Shown here: piece by piece, positions 1-9,856 of the stretch
Layout: each line of letters starts with the position of its first letter
How positions within the stretch are numbered: position 1 is the stretch's first letter
From: an uncultured archaeon
GTDB taxonomy: Archaea; Asgardarchaeota; Thorarchaeia; Thorarchaeales; Thorarchaeaceae
DNA length: 32,000 bases
NCBI GenBank assembly: GCA_964648855.1
Contig: CAZYLT010000004.1
Coordinates: 109,532 to 141,531 of the forward strand
Reading direction: 5' to 3'
The notes under the pieces: model-generated
What the model was told of the DNA's origin: nothing
Database searches by the model: none
The model's input: only the letters and a program-made list of their open reading frames with translations
Program-made: the position numbers and the translations under genes

Positions 1-1
1 C

Positions 2-472
2 CTTAATCATATTCAAATATTGATATCTGATATCAGAGATCTGAATGGAACCAACATATTTCCACTCGGCAACATGGAAATCACCTGAAGTAATAGTTTT
101 CTCTATCTCAACTTCTTCGCTTCTGATGAACTCACGGCCTTCTACGAAGAACTTGAACCCATTATCTGTTGGAGGGTTATGGCTCGCAGTTATGACAACT
201 GATGCTCTTACACCGTCCCAAGTACTAAATGATGCCACAGTAGGCATAGGTGCAACACCAATATCAATAACGCTCACACCAGTAGAAAGAACACCTGAAA
301 CAAAAGCCTTCTTTAGCATTTGATTTGATGTTCGTTCATCAATACCTACACCGACTTTACCGCGTCCCTGCAAAAAGGTGCCCAGAGATTTCCCAAGATC
401 CAAGGCGAGCTTAGGAGTCACTTTCTCCGTTATACCCCCTCTGATGCCGCTAGTGCCAAATAATTTCTCCAT
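2..472 (-). CDS. glmM: Phosphoglucosamine mutase / phosphohexomutase, 5' part (runs off window start)
   Basis: Manual minus-strand translation from ATG at 472: MEKLFGTSGIRG...VITASHNPPTDNGFKFF. The FGT-GIRG and TASHNP phosphoserine motifs mark the alpha-D-phosphohexomutase family. Absent from the ORF track because it is truncated; exact substrate uncertain. Confidence 0.85.
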   Translation of the reverse strand, partial: MEKLFGTSGIRGGITEKVTPKLALDLGKSLGTFLQGRGKVGVGIDERTSNQMLKKAFVSGVLSTGVSVIDIGVAPMPTVASFSTWDGVRASVVITASHNPPTDNGFKFFVEGREFIRSEEVEIEKTITSGDFHVAEWKYVGSIQISDIRYQYLNMIK

Positions 473-483
473 TTTTGATTCCT

Positions 484-1464
484 CTAGCTCTTTGGCAGTG
501 CAAGATCTGCTATGTCCCTTGCTGCTTCGCCAATTCTAAGAAGACTGTCGATGACATAGAGCTGCGAATGGGTCTGCCCATGCGGTGAAGATAAAACATT
601 TTCCTGTAGCTCGGCAATTTGTTTAATCAGTTGTTTCTCTTCATCAATGACCCATGCTACTCGTTTAGCATTAAAAGTGAAAAGGTTCGTGACAGCTTTC
701 TCTAGCATCTCTCTTATGCGATTTGCTATTGGCTCCACCATCTTTGTCGTATGCTCATCAACAGGATCATTTGCCCTTATTGCGATATCTACCGCCAAGT
801 CCGCAACACGCTCGATGTACTGGACAGCCAACCGAAAATCTAATGCTTCAACGGGTGAAATGCCCATGGCCTCCGATATTCTGGGATACTGAATTGTGCT
901 TCGTAACTCACGAACAATCAAGAAAAACAACCGGTTTACTTCTTCATCTCGACTCGCAACATCTTGTCCTTTTTCACTATCACCCTTGAGAAATGCATCT
1001 AATGCATCATCTAGCATTCTTGAAGCTATCAAATTCATTCTTTTCATGGTCTTATGAACCGGTAAAGTTGTTGGATCCACTAAACACTGGATTACAATTT
1101 CATTTTCATCCTCTTTTTCCTCGGTAACTTCCAGTGCAACAAATCTCTTGATGATGCTTTTCAATTCATCACGTTGTTCATTTGTGATTGGTTTCTCGGA
1201 TCTTAATCTTATTTCGTCAAAGCCCAATAGATACTTGCTTGTGATTGCCCACCTGAGATTGTTCTCCATAGTAATTGATGTAGTCCTAGTTTCACCTGCC
1301 TTTGGAAGTCTGGGGTCTACTATTAGACAGCCGTCTTCTCTTTCTGATACGACTACGGGATCACCTTTTTCTAATCCCTGTCTCCTAATCCAGTCCTTTG
1401 GTAAAATGACTAGGAATGAACTACCACTACGTCCTCCGGTCCGTTGCAATTTACGAATATTCAT
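484..1464 (-). CDS. Archaeal phosphate uptake regulator (N-terminal AbrB-like domain + PhoU domains)
   Basis: RKLQRTGG..S..VILPKDW AbrB-like start; DEEVNRLFFL, IERVADLA and LLRIGEAARDIADL PhoU helices. Confidence 0.85.
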   Translation of the reverse strand: MNIRKLQRTGGRSGSSFLVILPKDWIRRQGLEKGDPVVVSEREDGCLIVDPRLPKAGETRTTSITMENNLRWAITSKYLLGFDEIRLRSEKPITNEQRDELKSIIKRFVALEVTEEKEDENEIVIQCLVDPTTLPVHKTMKRMNLIASRMLDDALDAFLKGDSEKGQDVASRDEEVNRLFFLIVRELRSTIQYPRISEAMGISPVEALDFRLAVQYIERVADLAVDIAIRANDPVDEHTTKMVEPIANRIREMLEKAVTNLFTFNAKRVAWVIDEEKQLIKQIAELQENVLSSPHGQTHSQLYVIDSLLRIGEAARDIADLALPKS

Positions 1465-1624
1465 TTCCTGAATGCATCTCCTAAACTCATTTTGGCGGGA
1501 ATGAATTTGCTTTCCGACTTAATACGGTTGTTAGTCGCAGATGTTATTCAAACCGCCGTCGCGAGTTCTTCTCACAGGCAGATGTTTATTACAGCAACCA
1601 AGACCATAAAGACCTGGTGCCTAA

Positions 1625-3250
1625 TTGACTTCGATAAATCGGAAACATATCTTGAAGAAGCTTATCTCTTCAGGATGTCAAATTTCACCCGATGCCCTAG
1701 AGTACATCATGGGAAATGAGGCGCCCATGCAGTTAGTTGACATGATATTATCTAGAGTAAAACAAAATAGTGTATCCACAGTTTTGTCAAAATCAGACCT
1801 GGCCAATCTCTTGGAAAGCACACGTGTTCTTCCCCAGAAGAAAAGCAAGTCAAAAACACAGAAAGAAACAACCATCATAGAAGAGCCCCCCGAAGCCCCC
1901 TCTTATGACATCGAGCAGCCCGACAACAAGATTTCCGTTGTAAAAAATCCCACTTTCGATGAGGTTGGTTCTTCTGGAAGTTTCGAAGACTTTTTGGCAC
2001 TCTTTACTGACCGCTTCAACAGAATCAAGAGGATCTACACAAGCAGAATCGATACAAGAAATGCATTGACTCCGGGCGCCGCAAAAGAACATAAACATGA
2101 TGCACAACGCTGGAAGGCATTGGCAAGAGAGGGTGGAAGACGAGATCGCCCTCCAAAGCAAAAAGTAATCGGAATGATACGAAACAAAAGGATATCACGT
2201 TCACGAAATATAATAGCTGAACTTGAAGACAAAGAAGACTCGATAATTTGTGTTATTCCTTCTAACCGAGAAGGTTTTGCCGGTACACAACTAGTAGAGA
2301 AAGGCAACTCATTGTTGCTTGATGAGGTAGTCTGCATCTCGGGATATATCGACCAAGATGGCAGAATGATTGCGGATGATATCCTCTATCCTGACGTTCC
2401 TACCACTCGTCCCGCTGGAAGAGCCGACCGAGATGTGTATGCCGCTTTTATCTCTGATATCCACTATGGCAGCTCAGAGTTTCTAGAGGACGAATTCGAC
2501 CAATTCATAGATTGGCTATCAGGAAAAGATGTTGACTCCGAAGACAAAGACACCGTGAACTCTATTGAGTATCTCTTTATTGCCGGGGATATTGTGGATG
2601 GTATAGGGGTGTATCCAACTCAACAAGACAATCTACTAGTTCCCGACTTATATGATCAATACAAGATGATTGCTCAAAAAATCAGAAAGATTCCCGATAG
2701 AATACGTATCATAATAATCCCAGGAAACCACGATGCGTCCAGGCAGGCATTGCCTAAACCCCCAATATCAGAGTTTTTTGCCAAGCCACTGTACGACTTG
2801 AGAAACCAAGTCATACTTCTCGGAGACCCATCAGTAGTACGAGTAGAAGGAGTTGAAGTATTGTTGACACATGGAGATTCACTTGATGACCTAGTTGTCA
2901 ACACACCTGGCGCATCTTACAAAAAACCAGCTGTGGGAATGAAAGAGCTTCTCCAGAAAAGGCATCTAGTGCCCCTCTATGGTGGAAAGACTGAGCTTGC
3001 CCCCCTGCATAGGGATTGGATGGTCATTGACACCCCTCCCGATATTGTTCATTTTGGACATGCCCATCATAATGCTGTTGACAACTATAGAGGGATTCAA
3101 ATCATAAACTCAGGTACATTTCAAGCCCAGACAGACTTTATGAGAAAACAAGGAATCATCCCAACTCCCGGAATTGTGACCCTAATCAACCTCCGAACTG
3201 GGGCCCCCCAAATCGAGTTTTTCTATGATATGACAAAACTGGATGAATAG
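1625..3250 (+). CDS. polB: DNA polymerase D small (proofreading exonuclease) subunit DP1
   Basis: OB-fold region plus intact calcineurin-like phosphoesterase motifs SDIHYGS, GDIVDG, GNHD, THG and GHAH; NSGTFQAQT C-terminus; TTG start. Confidence 0.95.
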   Translation: MTSINRKHILKKLISSGCQISPDALEYIMGNEAPMQLVDMILSRVKQNSVSTVLSKSDLANLLESTRVLPQKKSKSKTQKETTIIEEPPEAPSYDIEQPDNKISVVKNPTFDEVGSSGSFEDFLALFTDRFNRIKRIYTSRIDTRNALTPGAAKEHKHDAQRWKALAREGGRRDRPPKQKVIGMIRNKRISRSRNIIAELEDKEDSIICVIPSNREGFAGTQLVEKGNSLLLDEVVCISGYIDQDGRMIADDILYPDVPTTRPAGRADRDVYAAFISDIHYGSSEFLEDEFDQFIDWLSGKDVDSEDKDTVNSIEYLFIAGDIVDGIGVYPTQQDNLLVPDLYDQYKMIAQKIRKIPDRIRIIIIPGNHDASRQALPKPPISEFFAKPLYDLRNQVILLGDPSVVRVEGVEVLLTHGDSLDDLVVNTPGASYKKPAVGMKELLQKRHLVPLYGGKTELAPLHRDWMVIDTPPDIVHFGHAHHNAVDNYRGIQIINSGTFQAQTDFMRKQGIIPTPGIVTLINLRTGAPQIEFFYDMTKLDE

Positions 3251-3269
3251 AGCAGACACTTCATATTGA

Positions 3270-4532
3270 CTAAGAAAGCAAATCTCTCGCAACTTTTGAT
3301 AATCGAACGTCTTCATCCAAGATCGCCCCAATCTGTTTCTTACTCACTGCCAGTCTTATCTTCTTGGTTCTACCATATCGCCCCTTCGAAACCACAGTGG
3401 TATTAATAAGACCGAGCATATCAAGCTCGCTAATCAGATCACTAATTCTACGTTGAGTGAGCGTATCCAATGACATGCGTTTTGCAATCTCTACATATGT
3501 ATTATAGCACTCCCCAGTGAATATCTTCTTCTTGCCACTATCCGCAAGGGCATATACAGCAAAAAGAACGGCTTTCGATTGCATAGGAAGTGTCTTGACC
3601 GTTTCTATAATTGTGTCTCGTTCTATAAACTTTTGAGCCTCTCGAACATATTCCTGCGTGACTTTCTCCTCACCATTTCTTTCAGCCAACTCCCCTGCAG
3701 TCCGAAGTAGGTCCAGAGCACGTCTTGCATCACCGTGCTCTTGGGCTGCCAACGCTCCTACCAAGTTGATAACGCCATCATCTTCAATGACTCCTGGATT
3801 AAACGAGATTTCGACCCTCTGCTTTAGAATTCCTTTCAGTTCTACTGCATTATATGGCGAAAATATCACTTCTTCTTCTCCAAGTGTGGACAATACACGG
3901 GGATCCAACATCTCTTTGAATTTCAGGTCATTACTAATACCAATAATGGAGATTCGACTTCTTTCAAGCTCGCCATTCATTCTAGTGAGTCCATACAATA
4001 TGTCATTACCTTGGTTCACATCCCGCTTCACCAAGCTATCGACTTCATCTAACACAACTACCATGATATTTGGATCAGAATCGAGCTCTCTCTTGAGCAT
4101 TGACCGAATTTCATCAGTTGGTAATCCAGTGAATGGCACTTCTGAACCATCCGGCATCTTAGCACCGATTTCAGTACACAATTTTCTTAGAACTCTGTAG
4201 TTTGTTCCAACAATTCTGCAATTGACAAAGGCACTGAAAGGTGCTCGTATCGAACTCTGCTTGGCTTTCTCAATTAACATATTCAGCACGTAGCGAGCAA
4301 CAACCGTCTTTCCGGTACCCGTTTTACCATAGCACAAGATGTTAGACGGGGGAGCCCCTCGAAGCGAGGGCCCTAGAATGGATCCAATTCGTCCCATTTG
4401 CTCATCTCTGAACGGCAAGTCATCTGGAACATAGGTTGGTCTCAATGCATTTCTATCTTTGAAAATTGCCTGTCCTTGGATGAATTTGTCAAATAGCTTG
4501 TCAAGCTTCGGTTGTTTACTCAGAGTCTCCAT
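3270..4532 (-). CDS. cdc6: Orc1/Cdc6 replication initiator
   Basis: Walker A GKTGTGKT, Walker B VVVLDEVD, GDARRALDLLR, C-terminal wHTH with SKGRYGRT. ATG at 4532 preferred over the TTG at 4547. Confidence 0.95.
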   Translation of the reverse strand: METLSKQPKLDKLFDKFIQGQAIFKDRNALRPTYVPDDLPFRDEQMGRIGSILGPSLRGAPPSNILCYGKTGTGKTVVARYVLNMLIEKAKQSSIRAPFSAFVNCRIVGTNYRVLRKLCTEIGAKMPDGSEVPFTGLPTDEIRSMLKRELDSDPNIMVVVLDEVDSLVKRDVNQGNDILYGLTRMNGELERSRISIIGISNDLKFKEMLDPRVLSTLGEEEVIFSPYNAVELKGILKQRVEISFNPGVIEDDGVINLVGALAAQEHGDARRALDLLRTAGELAERNGEEKVTQEYVREAQKFIERDTIIETVKTLPMQSKAVLFAVYALADSGKKKIFTGECYNTYVEIAKRMSLDTLTQRRISDLISELDMLGLINTTVVSKGRYGRTKKIRLAVSKKQIGAILDEDVRLSKVARDLLS

Positions 4533-4534
4533 CT

Positions 4535-4608
4535 CCTTCTGGAGCAAGTATATATTGCAGTGGAAATATAGGTATTTCCAGTGGAGTCACCATCACTTCC
4601 ACTGGAAC
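4535..4608. promoter_or_regulatory. Cluster of ORB/mini-ORB-like Orc1/Cdc6 boxes (candidate oriC or cdc6 operator)
   Basis: TTGCAGTGGAAA (4555-4566), TTTCCAGTGGAG (4575-4586) and inverted TTCCACTGGAAC (4597-4608) match the ORB core TTCCAGTGGAA. Cores start at 4556, 4577 and 4598; a degenerate core starts at 4535. Confidence 0.7.
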
Positions 4609-4722
4609 TTTTGAACCACATAAACCTACGTATTACATTTTGGTTCATCATCGATGCCAGATTTCATATCTATGTTTGCGTCCATAACTTTTTGTCAGGA
4701 AATAGAAAGGACGAATACCATC

Positions 4723-5364
4723 TTGAAATTAAGGGACCTAGAAATTGCTCTACAAGGCATAAAGCGGTTCTCAGGTCATCGTGTGGAAATTGAGAGTTAT
4801 CCAACACCTGCTTCGATAGCCGCAGCTATTCTATTTTCTGCCCAGATGGACCATGATGATATCCGTGACTGCATTGTTTGTGATTTGGGCTGTGGGGACG
4901 GAATATTTGCAAATGGTGCTGCACTCTTGGCTGCTCGTGCTGTTGTTGGAATCGATATCCAAAGCAAAGCCTTAAAGGTCGCTCAGGAGAATTCTTCCTT
5001 ACTCGGGACAGAGGACATTGTAGACCTAATACTAGGTGATGTTGCCTCTCTGCATCTTACCGAAGCATTTGATACTGTTGTGAGTAATCCTCCTTTCGGA
5101 GTGCAAAGGCGGGGTGCAGATTTGGTGTTCCTAAAAAAAGCCATGTCCATATCTCGAGTAGTATACAGCATACACCTGGCTGGTAAAAAGAATAGGCGCT
5201 TCCTGAAAGACTATATTCAGAGATTTGGAGGAAAGGTCACGCAACTGGAAACCTTTGACTTTCCAATATCTAGGATATATGATTTTCATAGGAAACCAAA
5301 GCACATTGTCAATGTTGACTTGTACAGGATATGCGTTCATGAGCGTGAAATAAGAAATGGCTGA
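4723..5364 (+). CDS. METTL5-like class I SAM-dependent RNA methyltransferase
   Basis: ESYPTP, DLGCGDG and NPPFG motifs. TTG start at 4723 (MKLRDLEIAL) fits family length better than 4654. Sits upstream of csl4. Confidence 0.85.
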   Translation: MKLRDLEIALQGIKRFSGHRVEIESYPTPASIAAAILFSAQMDHDDIRDCIVCDLGCGDGIFANGAALLAARAVVGIDIQSKALKVAQENSSLLGTEDIVDLILGDVASLHLTEAFDTVVSNPPFGVQRRGADLVFLKKAMSISRVVYSIHLAGKKNRRFLKDYIQRFGGKVTQLETFDFPISRIYDFHRKPKHIVNVDLYRICVHEREIRNG

Positions 5365-6019
5365 TGTAAAGAGTGGAGATACAGTCGTACCAGGGGACTC
5401 TCTATGTGTTATTGAAGAAATGACTTCTGGTTATGGAACTTACGAGAACAAAGGCGTGGTATATGCAAGTACAGCTGGTACCGTTTCAATGGATCTCAAA
5501 GGACGAACTATTAGTGTTCTCGATAATCAAGGCAGAAAGAAGATAGCTCTTCCAGAAGAGGGCGACACACTCGTTGGTGAGGTCACTTTAGTTTATGACC
5601 AACGAGCAGAAGTAGAACTTGTGAAACGTAATGGTAAAGATATGCTTCCCGGTATGGTTGGCGAGATTCATATTAGCAACGTGACTCGAAGATACTTGAA
5701 GAGCATGCATAATGCACTGGAACAGGGCGATATTATTCGCGCGAAGGCATTAAGCAACCACGAAATTCCTGTTGAACTCACTCTGGTGGGAAATGATTTT
5801 GGTGTAATTCTGGGCAAATGCGTTAAATGTGGAAACGCATTGACTCTAACAACACACAACAACATGATTTGTCTTAGGTGCGAAAATAGAGAAACTCGTG
5901 AGGTTACGGATGATTACGGTGAGAGATTCGGACTAGAAACCCGTCCTGACCTCGCACCTCGAAGGAAATCATCCGGCCGTAGAGACGGTCGCCATGGTAG
6001 TAGAAGAAGCAGGAGATAA
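5357..6019 (+). CDS. csl4: Exosome RNA-binding cap subunit Csl4
   Basis: VVPGD..GYGTYE N-terminus, S1 domain (IHIS...GDIIRA), C-terminal Zn ribbon CVKC...CLRC..ETR; basic tail. Confidence 0.92.
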   Translation: MADVKSGDTVVPGDSLCVIEEMTSGYGTYENKGVVYASTAGTVSMDLKGRTISVLDNQGRKKIALPEEGDTLVGEVTLVYDQRAEVELVKRNGKDMLPGMVGEIHISNVTRRYLKSMHNALEQGDIIRAKALSNHEIPVELTLVGNDFGVILGKCVKCGNALTLTTHNNMICLRCENRETREVTDDYGERFGLETRPDLAPRRKSSGRRDGRHGSRRSRR

Positions 6020-6025
6020 TGATTA

Positions 6026-6313
6026 ATGGAACTGAAATTAATTGACTTTGACCGTTCAGAACTTCAATTCGAGCTCGTTGGAGAAGGACACTCGTTCCCA
6101 AACCTACTGAGGAAAACGCTCTTGGAAGAGCCCTCTATGGAGTTTGCTGGATATAGTTTGGACCACCCCCTGTTGGCGCATCCTGTCTTCACTCTGCGAA
6201 CCAATCGCCGACATACAAATGTCGTTCTGAGAGAAGCATTGGAAAAGATGCTAGCTCGGACTGAAGAGTTCAGGAAGATGTTTTCAGAAGTAGCCTCTGA
6301 TTCTCCGGAATAG
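6026..6313 (+). CDS. rpoL: RNA polymerase subunit Rpo11 (RpoL)
   Basis: GEGHSFPNLLR and FAGYSLDHPL motifs; follows csl4. Confidence 0.93.
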   Translation: MELKLIDFDRSELQFELVGEGHSFPNLLRKTLLEEPSMEFAGYSLDHPLLAHPVFTLRTNRRHTNVVLREALEKMLARTEEFRKMFSEVASDSPE

Positions 6314-6348
6314 GAAATGGATCACTACGATTGCATGTGGTGAGCTTA

Positions 6349-6774
6349 ATGTGGACACCACTTCTTGAACATGAAGACCTCGAATCAGTACTAAATGACA
6401 AAGGCCTGGCACAAATCGGAGACAATCTGGTAAATCTGTGCTATTCGATTGCAAAGTCGATGGTTCTAAATAAAGCCATAGGCGTGAAAGTAAGAGATAG
6501 CGTATTAGCTAGAGCTATTCGCTCTACGAAAGTCTATGAGTATGTGACGGGGCGATGTGATGTGGGATGTGCCGGTGATGCCTATGAAGCTGTCATGGCC
6601 TGGTTGTGGATGAAGGGGAAGGTCACAATAGAGTCAATCACTCAACATCTTATTCCACTACTTGAACTCGATTCAAGTACTAGCAGAAAGAAAGAGGGTG
6701 AAATATCTGCAGTTGCATTCCAGTCGTTACTAGAAACTCATATGAAGAAACTGCCGCACCCACGAACAGACTAA
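6349..6774 (+). CDS. Archaeal RNase III-like small protein
   Basis: DKGLAQIGDNLVN..YS and GDAYEA motifs. ATG at 6349 is preceded by GGTGAG. Located between rpoL and tfs. Confidence 0.7.
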   Translation: MWTPLLEHEDLESVLNDKGLAQIGDNLVNLCYSIAKSMVLNKAIGVKVRDSVLARAIRSTKVYEYVTGRCDVGCAGDAYEAVMAWLWMKGKVTIESITQHLIPLLELDSSTSRKKEGEISAVAFQSLLETHMKKLPHPRTD

Positions 6775-6854
6775 AGTGCAAGGGTGCTAATGCCATTCAG
6801 CAAGGCTTTAATGACGTGCATTTTTATTTGCCGAGAAACGGAGTTGTAAGATAG

Positions 6855-7184
6855 ATGGAATTCTGCGACAAATGTGGTGCCATGATGGTGCCATTCACTG
6901 ATGAAGATAACAAGCGTGCCTTGAAATGCAGAAGCTGTGGCCATACCAAGGCAATAGAAGGCAAACTCACAGTCTCGCAGAATGTTGAAAAATCTCCAAA
7001 GGATAAAATTGTGATAGTCGAAGATGAAGAAATTCCAATGCCAAGAACTGCAGCATCATGTCCTGAATGTGGAAACAACGAGGCATACTATTGGACAGTT
7101 CAAACCAGACGTGGCGACGAAGGTGCAACTGAGTTCTATAGATGTACCAAATGTAAGCATACTTGGAGAGACTATGGCGGCTAG
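6855..7184 (+). CDS. tfs: Transcription factor S (TFS/RpoM-like cleavage factor)
   Basis: Two Zn ribbons; QTRRGDEG acidic hairpin with the catalytic DE intact. Confidence 0.93.
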   Translation: MEFCDKCGAMMVPFTDEDNKRALKCRSCGHTKAIEGKLTVSQNVEKSPKDKIVIVEDEEIPMPRTAASCPECGNNEAYYWTVQTRRGDEGATEFYRCTKCKHTWRDYGG

Positions 7185-7295
7185 TAGAACGGTTTATTGT
7201 GGCAAACAAATTTAACGGGTTTTCAACTCGGTTATTTAATGCGTTGGGGTTATTACTCATGACCCATATATGCAATGTGAAGCGGGGAAAGCAGC

Positions 7296-7661
7296 TTGAC
7301 TCAAAAACAGTTCTCTCGTAGAAGGCCTGCAAAGTATTACAAGGTCAGAGAACTATCCAAGCATACTCCTAACCCTGTGAGAATCATTTGCATTGTAGTG
7401 GAATCTCGTCCTAGAGCTGCTCTAGTACAAGATATCTGCGATGAAATGGGTAAACAAGGGACGATTAGAGTGACAATAGATGAAGAATTGGAAGTGGCAG
7501 AAAGGTATATTCTTACCGGAGACGTTAAACAAAACGAAGAGAACCCTGATGAGGACAGAAGATTGATTGCCTTTTCAGCACTCGAAGTCACTTCCCTAGA
7601 CATCAACCTTTTCAAGGAAGTCCTAGCCCTTGGAGAAAGAGTTAAGCCAGCATCTCGATGA
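7296..7661 (+). CDS. Single OB-fold protein, RPA14/Rpa3-like
   Basis: N-terminal RRRPA..KV.EL, beta-rich core and C-terminal LD..LF..V helix resemble the Thermococcales RPA14 pattern as I recall it. Confidence 0.6.
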   Translation: MTQKQFSRRRPAKYYKVRELSKHTPNPVRIICIVVESRPRAALVQDICDEMGKQGTIRVTIDEELEVAERYILTGDVKQNEENPDEDRRLIAFSALEVTSLDINLFKEVLALGERVKPASR

Positions 7662-7686
7662 TAATACCTGAGTTGGAGGAGCCAAA

Positions 7687-8442
7687 ATGTTTCATGCGAC
7701 CTTAGATAGTACAAAGACATGGAAGCAAATAGTGGACGCATTAGCAACATTGCTAACTGAAGCCCACTTTGTCGTTTCGAAGTCCGGAATTTCTTTACGC
7801 CAACTGGACTCTTCAAAGGCGGCGATGATTGATCTTCATCTACCTGCTGGAGTATTTCAAGAATACTCCTGTGAGGAGGAACATGATGTATGTTTGGGGA
7901 TAGATGAACTCTCGAAAGTCAGCAAAAGAATGGCGGGCGATGATCGACTTGAATTCGATTTGGATGAGAAAGAAAAGCGGTTCGAAATCCGGATGCTCGG
8001 TCAAGCAGAACGTAGATTTAGCCTACAACTTCTTACTCCCCCAGATAGTAGAAGCAAACCTCCCAAGCTCTCCTTTGATGTCAAAGCCGAAATGTTTGCT
8101 GACTCGTTTAAGCAAGCAGTAAAGGATATTGGAGTGATATCTAATCATGTCAAGATTATTTCGGACTCAAAAAGTATCACCTTTGCAGGAGAAGGGGACA
8201 CCGGAGAGGCAGAAGTGTCACTGAAGAAAGGCGATGAAGAGTCACCACTCTTTGAGCTTGAAGTGGAGAAAAAGGCAACAGCTATGTACGCTTTGAATTA
8301 TCTCGCAGAAATCACCAAGGCCATGGGTAGCGATAGTGTTACTCTCCAGTTCAGTAATGATAAGCCTATACAGATTGACTTTGCCATTGCAGAGGGAGGC
8401 AGTATCAGTTTCGTTCTAGCACCTCGAGTGGAGCGTCGATGA
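7687..8442 (+). CDS. pcn: PCNA sliding clamp
   Basis: 251 aa; LDSSKAAMIDL, GEGDTGEAEV, Y.L.YL and FVLAPRVE C-terminus. Confidence 0.97.
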   Translation: MFHATLDSTKTWKQIVDALATLLTEAHFVVSKSGISLRQLDSSKAAMIDLHLPAGVFQEYSCEEEHDVCLGIDELSKVSKRMAGDDRLEFDLDEKEKRFEIRMLGQAERRFSLQLLTPPDSRSKPPKLSFDVKAEMFADSFKQAVKDIGVISNHVKIISDSKSITFAGEGDTGEAEVSLKKGDEESPLFELEVEKKATAMYALNYLAEITKAMGSDSVTLQFSNDKPIQIDFAIAEGGSISFVLAPRVERR

Positions 8443-8467
8443 ATCTAGCGTTTTGAGATGGCCGGTG

Positions 8468-9856
8468 ATGTCACAGAACGACAAAACAAGAACTCGGAAA
8501 TTTCTCCAGCTGATGTTCCAAGACTACTACCGGACACATCACGACATGGTGGACATTCCAACAAAGGTACAAACCAGAGAATTCGGGATGGAGTTATGGC
8601 AATTTACTTGGAGATGTATTGAGAGGACCGAAAGAACCAACGAATCCGAAAAAAAGGTAGGATGTGGGAAATCAGGAACCTCGTACACAAGAATCTTGAG
8701 ATGCCCAAACTGTGATGCAAAAGGCATCCAGATAAACAATTGGTCCCGTCATATCGGATTTCGTTCAAAGGACCTGCTTCTTAATGAACTGGTAAAAACA
8801 GTACCTCATAGCATCTATCACTCAGCCGCTTTCTACGAAGTTCCAGTGGCTCGAAATATGATGGAAAAGGGTTGGAAAGGCGCTGAATTGGTGTTTGATA
8901 TTGATGCCGACCATCTTGACTCTCCTTGTGCTTATGAACACGATTCTTGGTTATGTGAGAACCCTGAATGTCAATCAATTGGAAAAGGCCCTGTACCTGA
9001 GGAATGCCCTGAATGTAAACATACGTCTTTTCGAACATTGAAATGGCTCTGTGACAAATGCTTGGAAGATGCAAAGAAAACTACAAGTCAACTCTATGAT
9101 CAGTTCCTTTTGGGTAGTTTCGGATTTGATGAAAACGAGATTCAGCTGAATTATAGTGGTCATCGGGGATACCACATACGAGTAAATGCCTCCAATATTC
9201 TACAAGCAGACTCTAGTGCTCGTGTGGAAATTGCCCATTTCATCACAGGAATGGGCATGAATAATACCATCAAGGCAGATGGAACTCTAAGAGTAATCCC
9301 CTCAGGTGACTTGGGAAATTGGCAAATACCATCACTATCTAGGAGAATTGCTGATGCCATGATTGATTTCATTAAGCGGATTGATACTTACGATGGCACT
9401 GACCGATGGGTAGAGCCATTATCAGAAAACAAGAACGCAGCAATTGTGGGGTTATCTAATGACCCTCCGATACTCAGCCATAAGGTAAAGGGAGTAGGTC
9501 CGAAGTCTTGGCAAATAATCGCAGATAAGGCTCTGCAAAATTATGGAGCTGAAATAGATCTCCCAGTTACTCATGATATTCATAGGGTTATCCGTCTGAT
9601 AGGAAGTCTGAATGGAAAAACTGGTTTTGCAGTAAAAGAGATAACTAGAAGTGAGCTGGACGATTTTGATCCTTTCACAGATTCTCTAGTATTCTCCGAT
9701 GAAGAATTGCGCATAAATTTTCCCGAAAGGCCAATTCAAGTACCTGAGATTCGGATTGCAGATCAAACATACGGTCCATTTAACAATGAAACTGTGGAAG
9801 TGCCTTCTCCTGTTGGTATCTTCCTGCTTTGCAAGGGGATGGCGGTAATTGAGTGA
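8468..9856 (+). CDS. priS: DNA primase catalytic subunit PriS with zinc-ribbon insertions
   Basis: REFG, ELVFDIDADHL, YSGHRGYH and ID.PVTHDIHRVIRL.GSLNGKTG motifs; GINS-B-like C-terminal domain. Start 8468 (ATG) or 8453 (TTG). Confidence 0.93.
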   Translation: MSQNDKTRTRKFLQLMFQDYYRTHHDMVDIPTKVQTREFGMELWQFTWRCIERTERTNESEKKVGCGKSGTSYTRILRCPNCDAKGIQINNWSRHIGFRSKDLLLNELVKTVPHSIYHSAAFYEVPVARNMMEKGWKGAELVFDIDADHLDSPCAYEHDSWLCENPECQSIGKGPVPEECPECKHTSFRTLKWLCDKCLEDAKKTTSQLYDQFLLGSFGFDENEIQLNYSGHRGYHIRVNASNILQADSSARVEIAHFITGMGMNNTIKADGTLRVIPSGDLGNWQIPSLSRRIADAMIDFIKRIDTYDGTDRWVEPLSENKNAAIVGLSNDPPILSHKVKGVGPKSWQIIADKALQNYGAEIDLPVTHDIHRVIRLIGSLNGKTGFAVKEITRSELDDFDPFTDSLVFSDEELRINFPERPIQVPEIRIADQTYGPFNNETVEVPSPVGIFLLCKGMAVIE

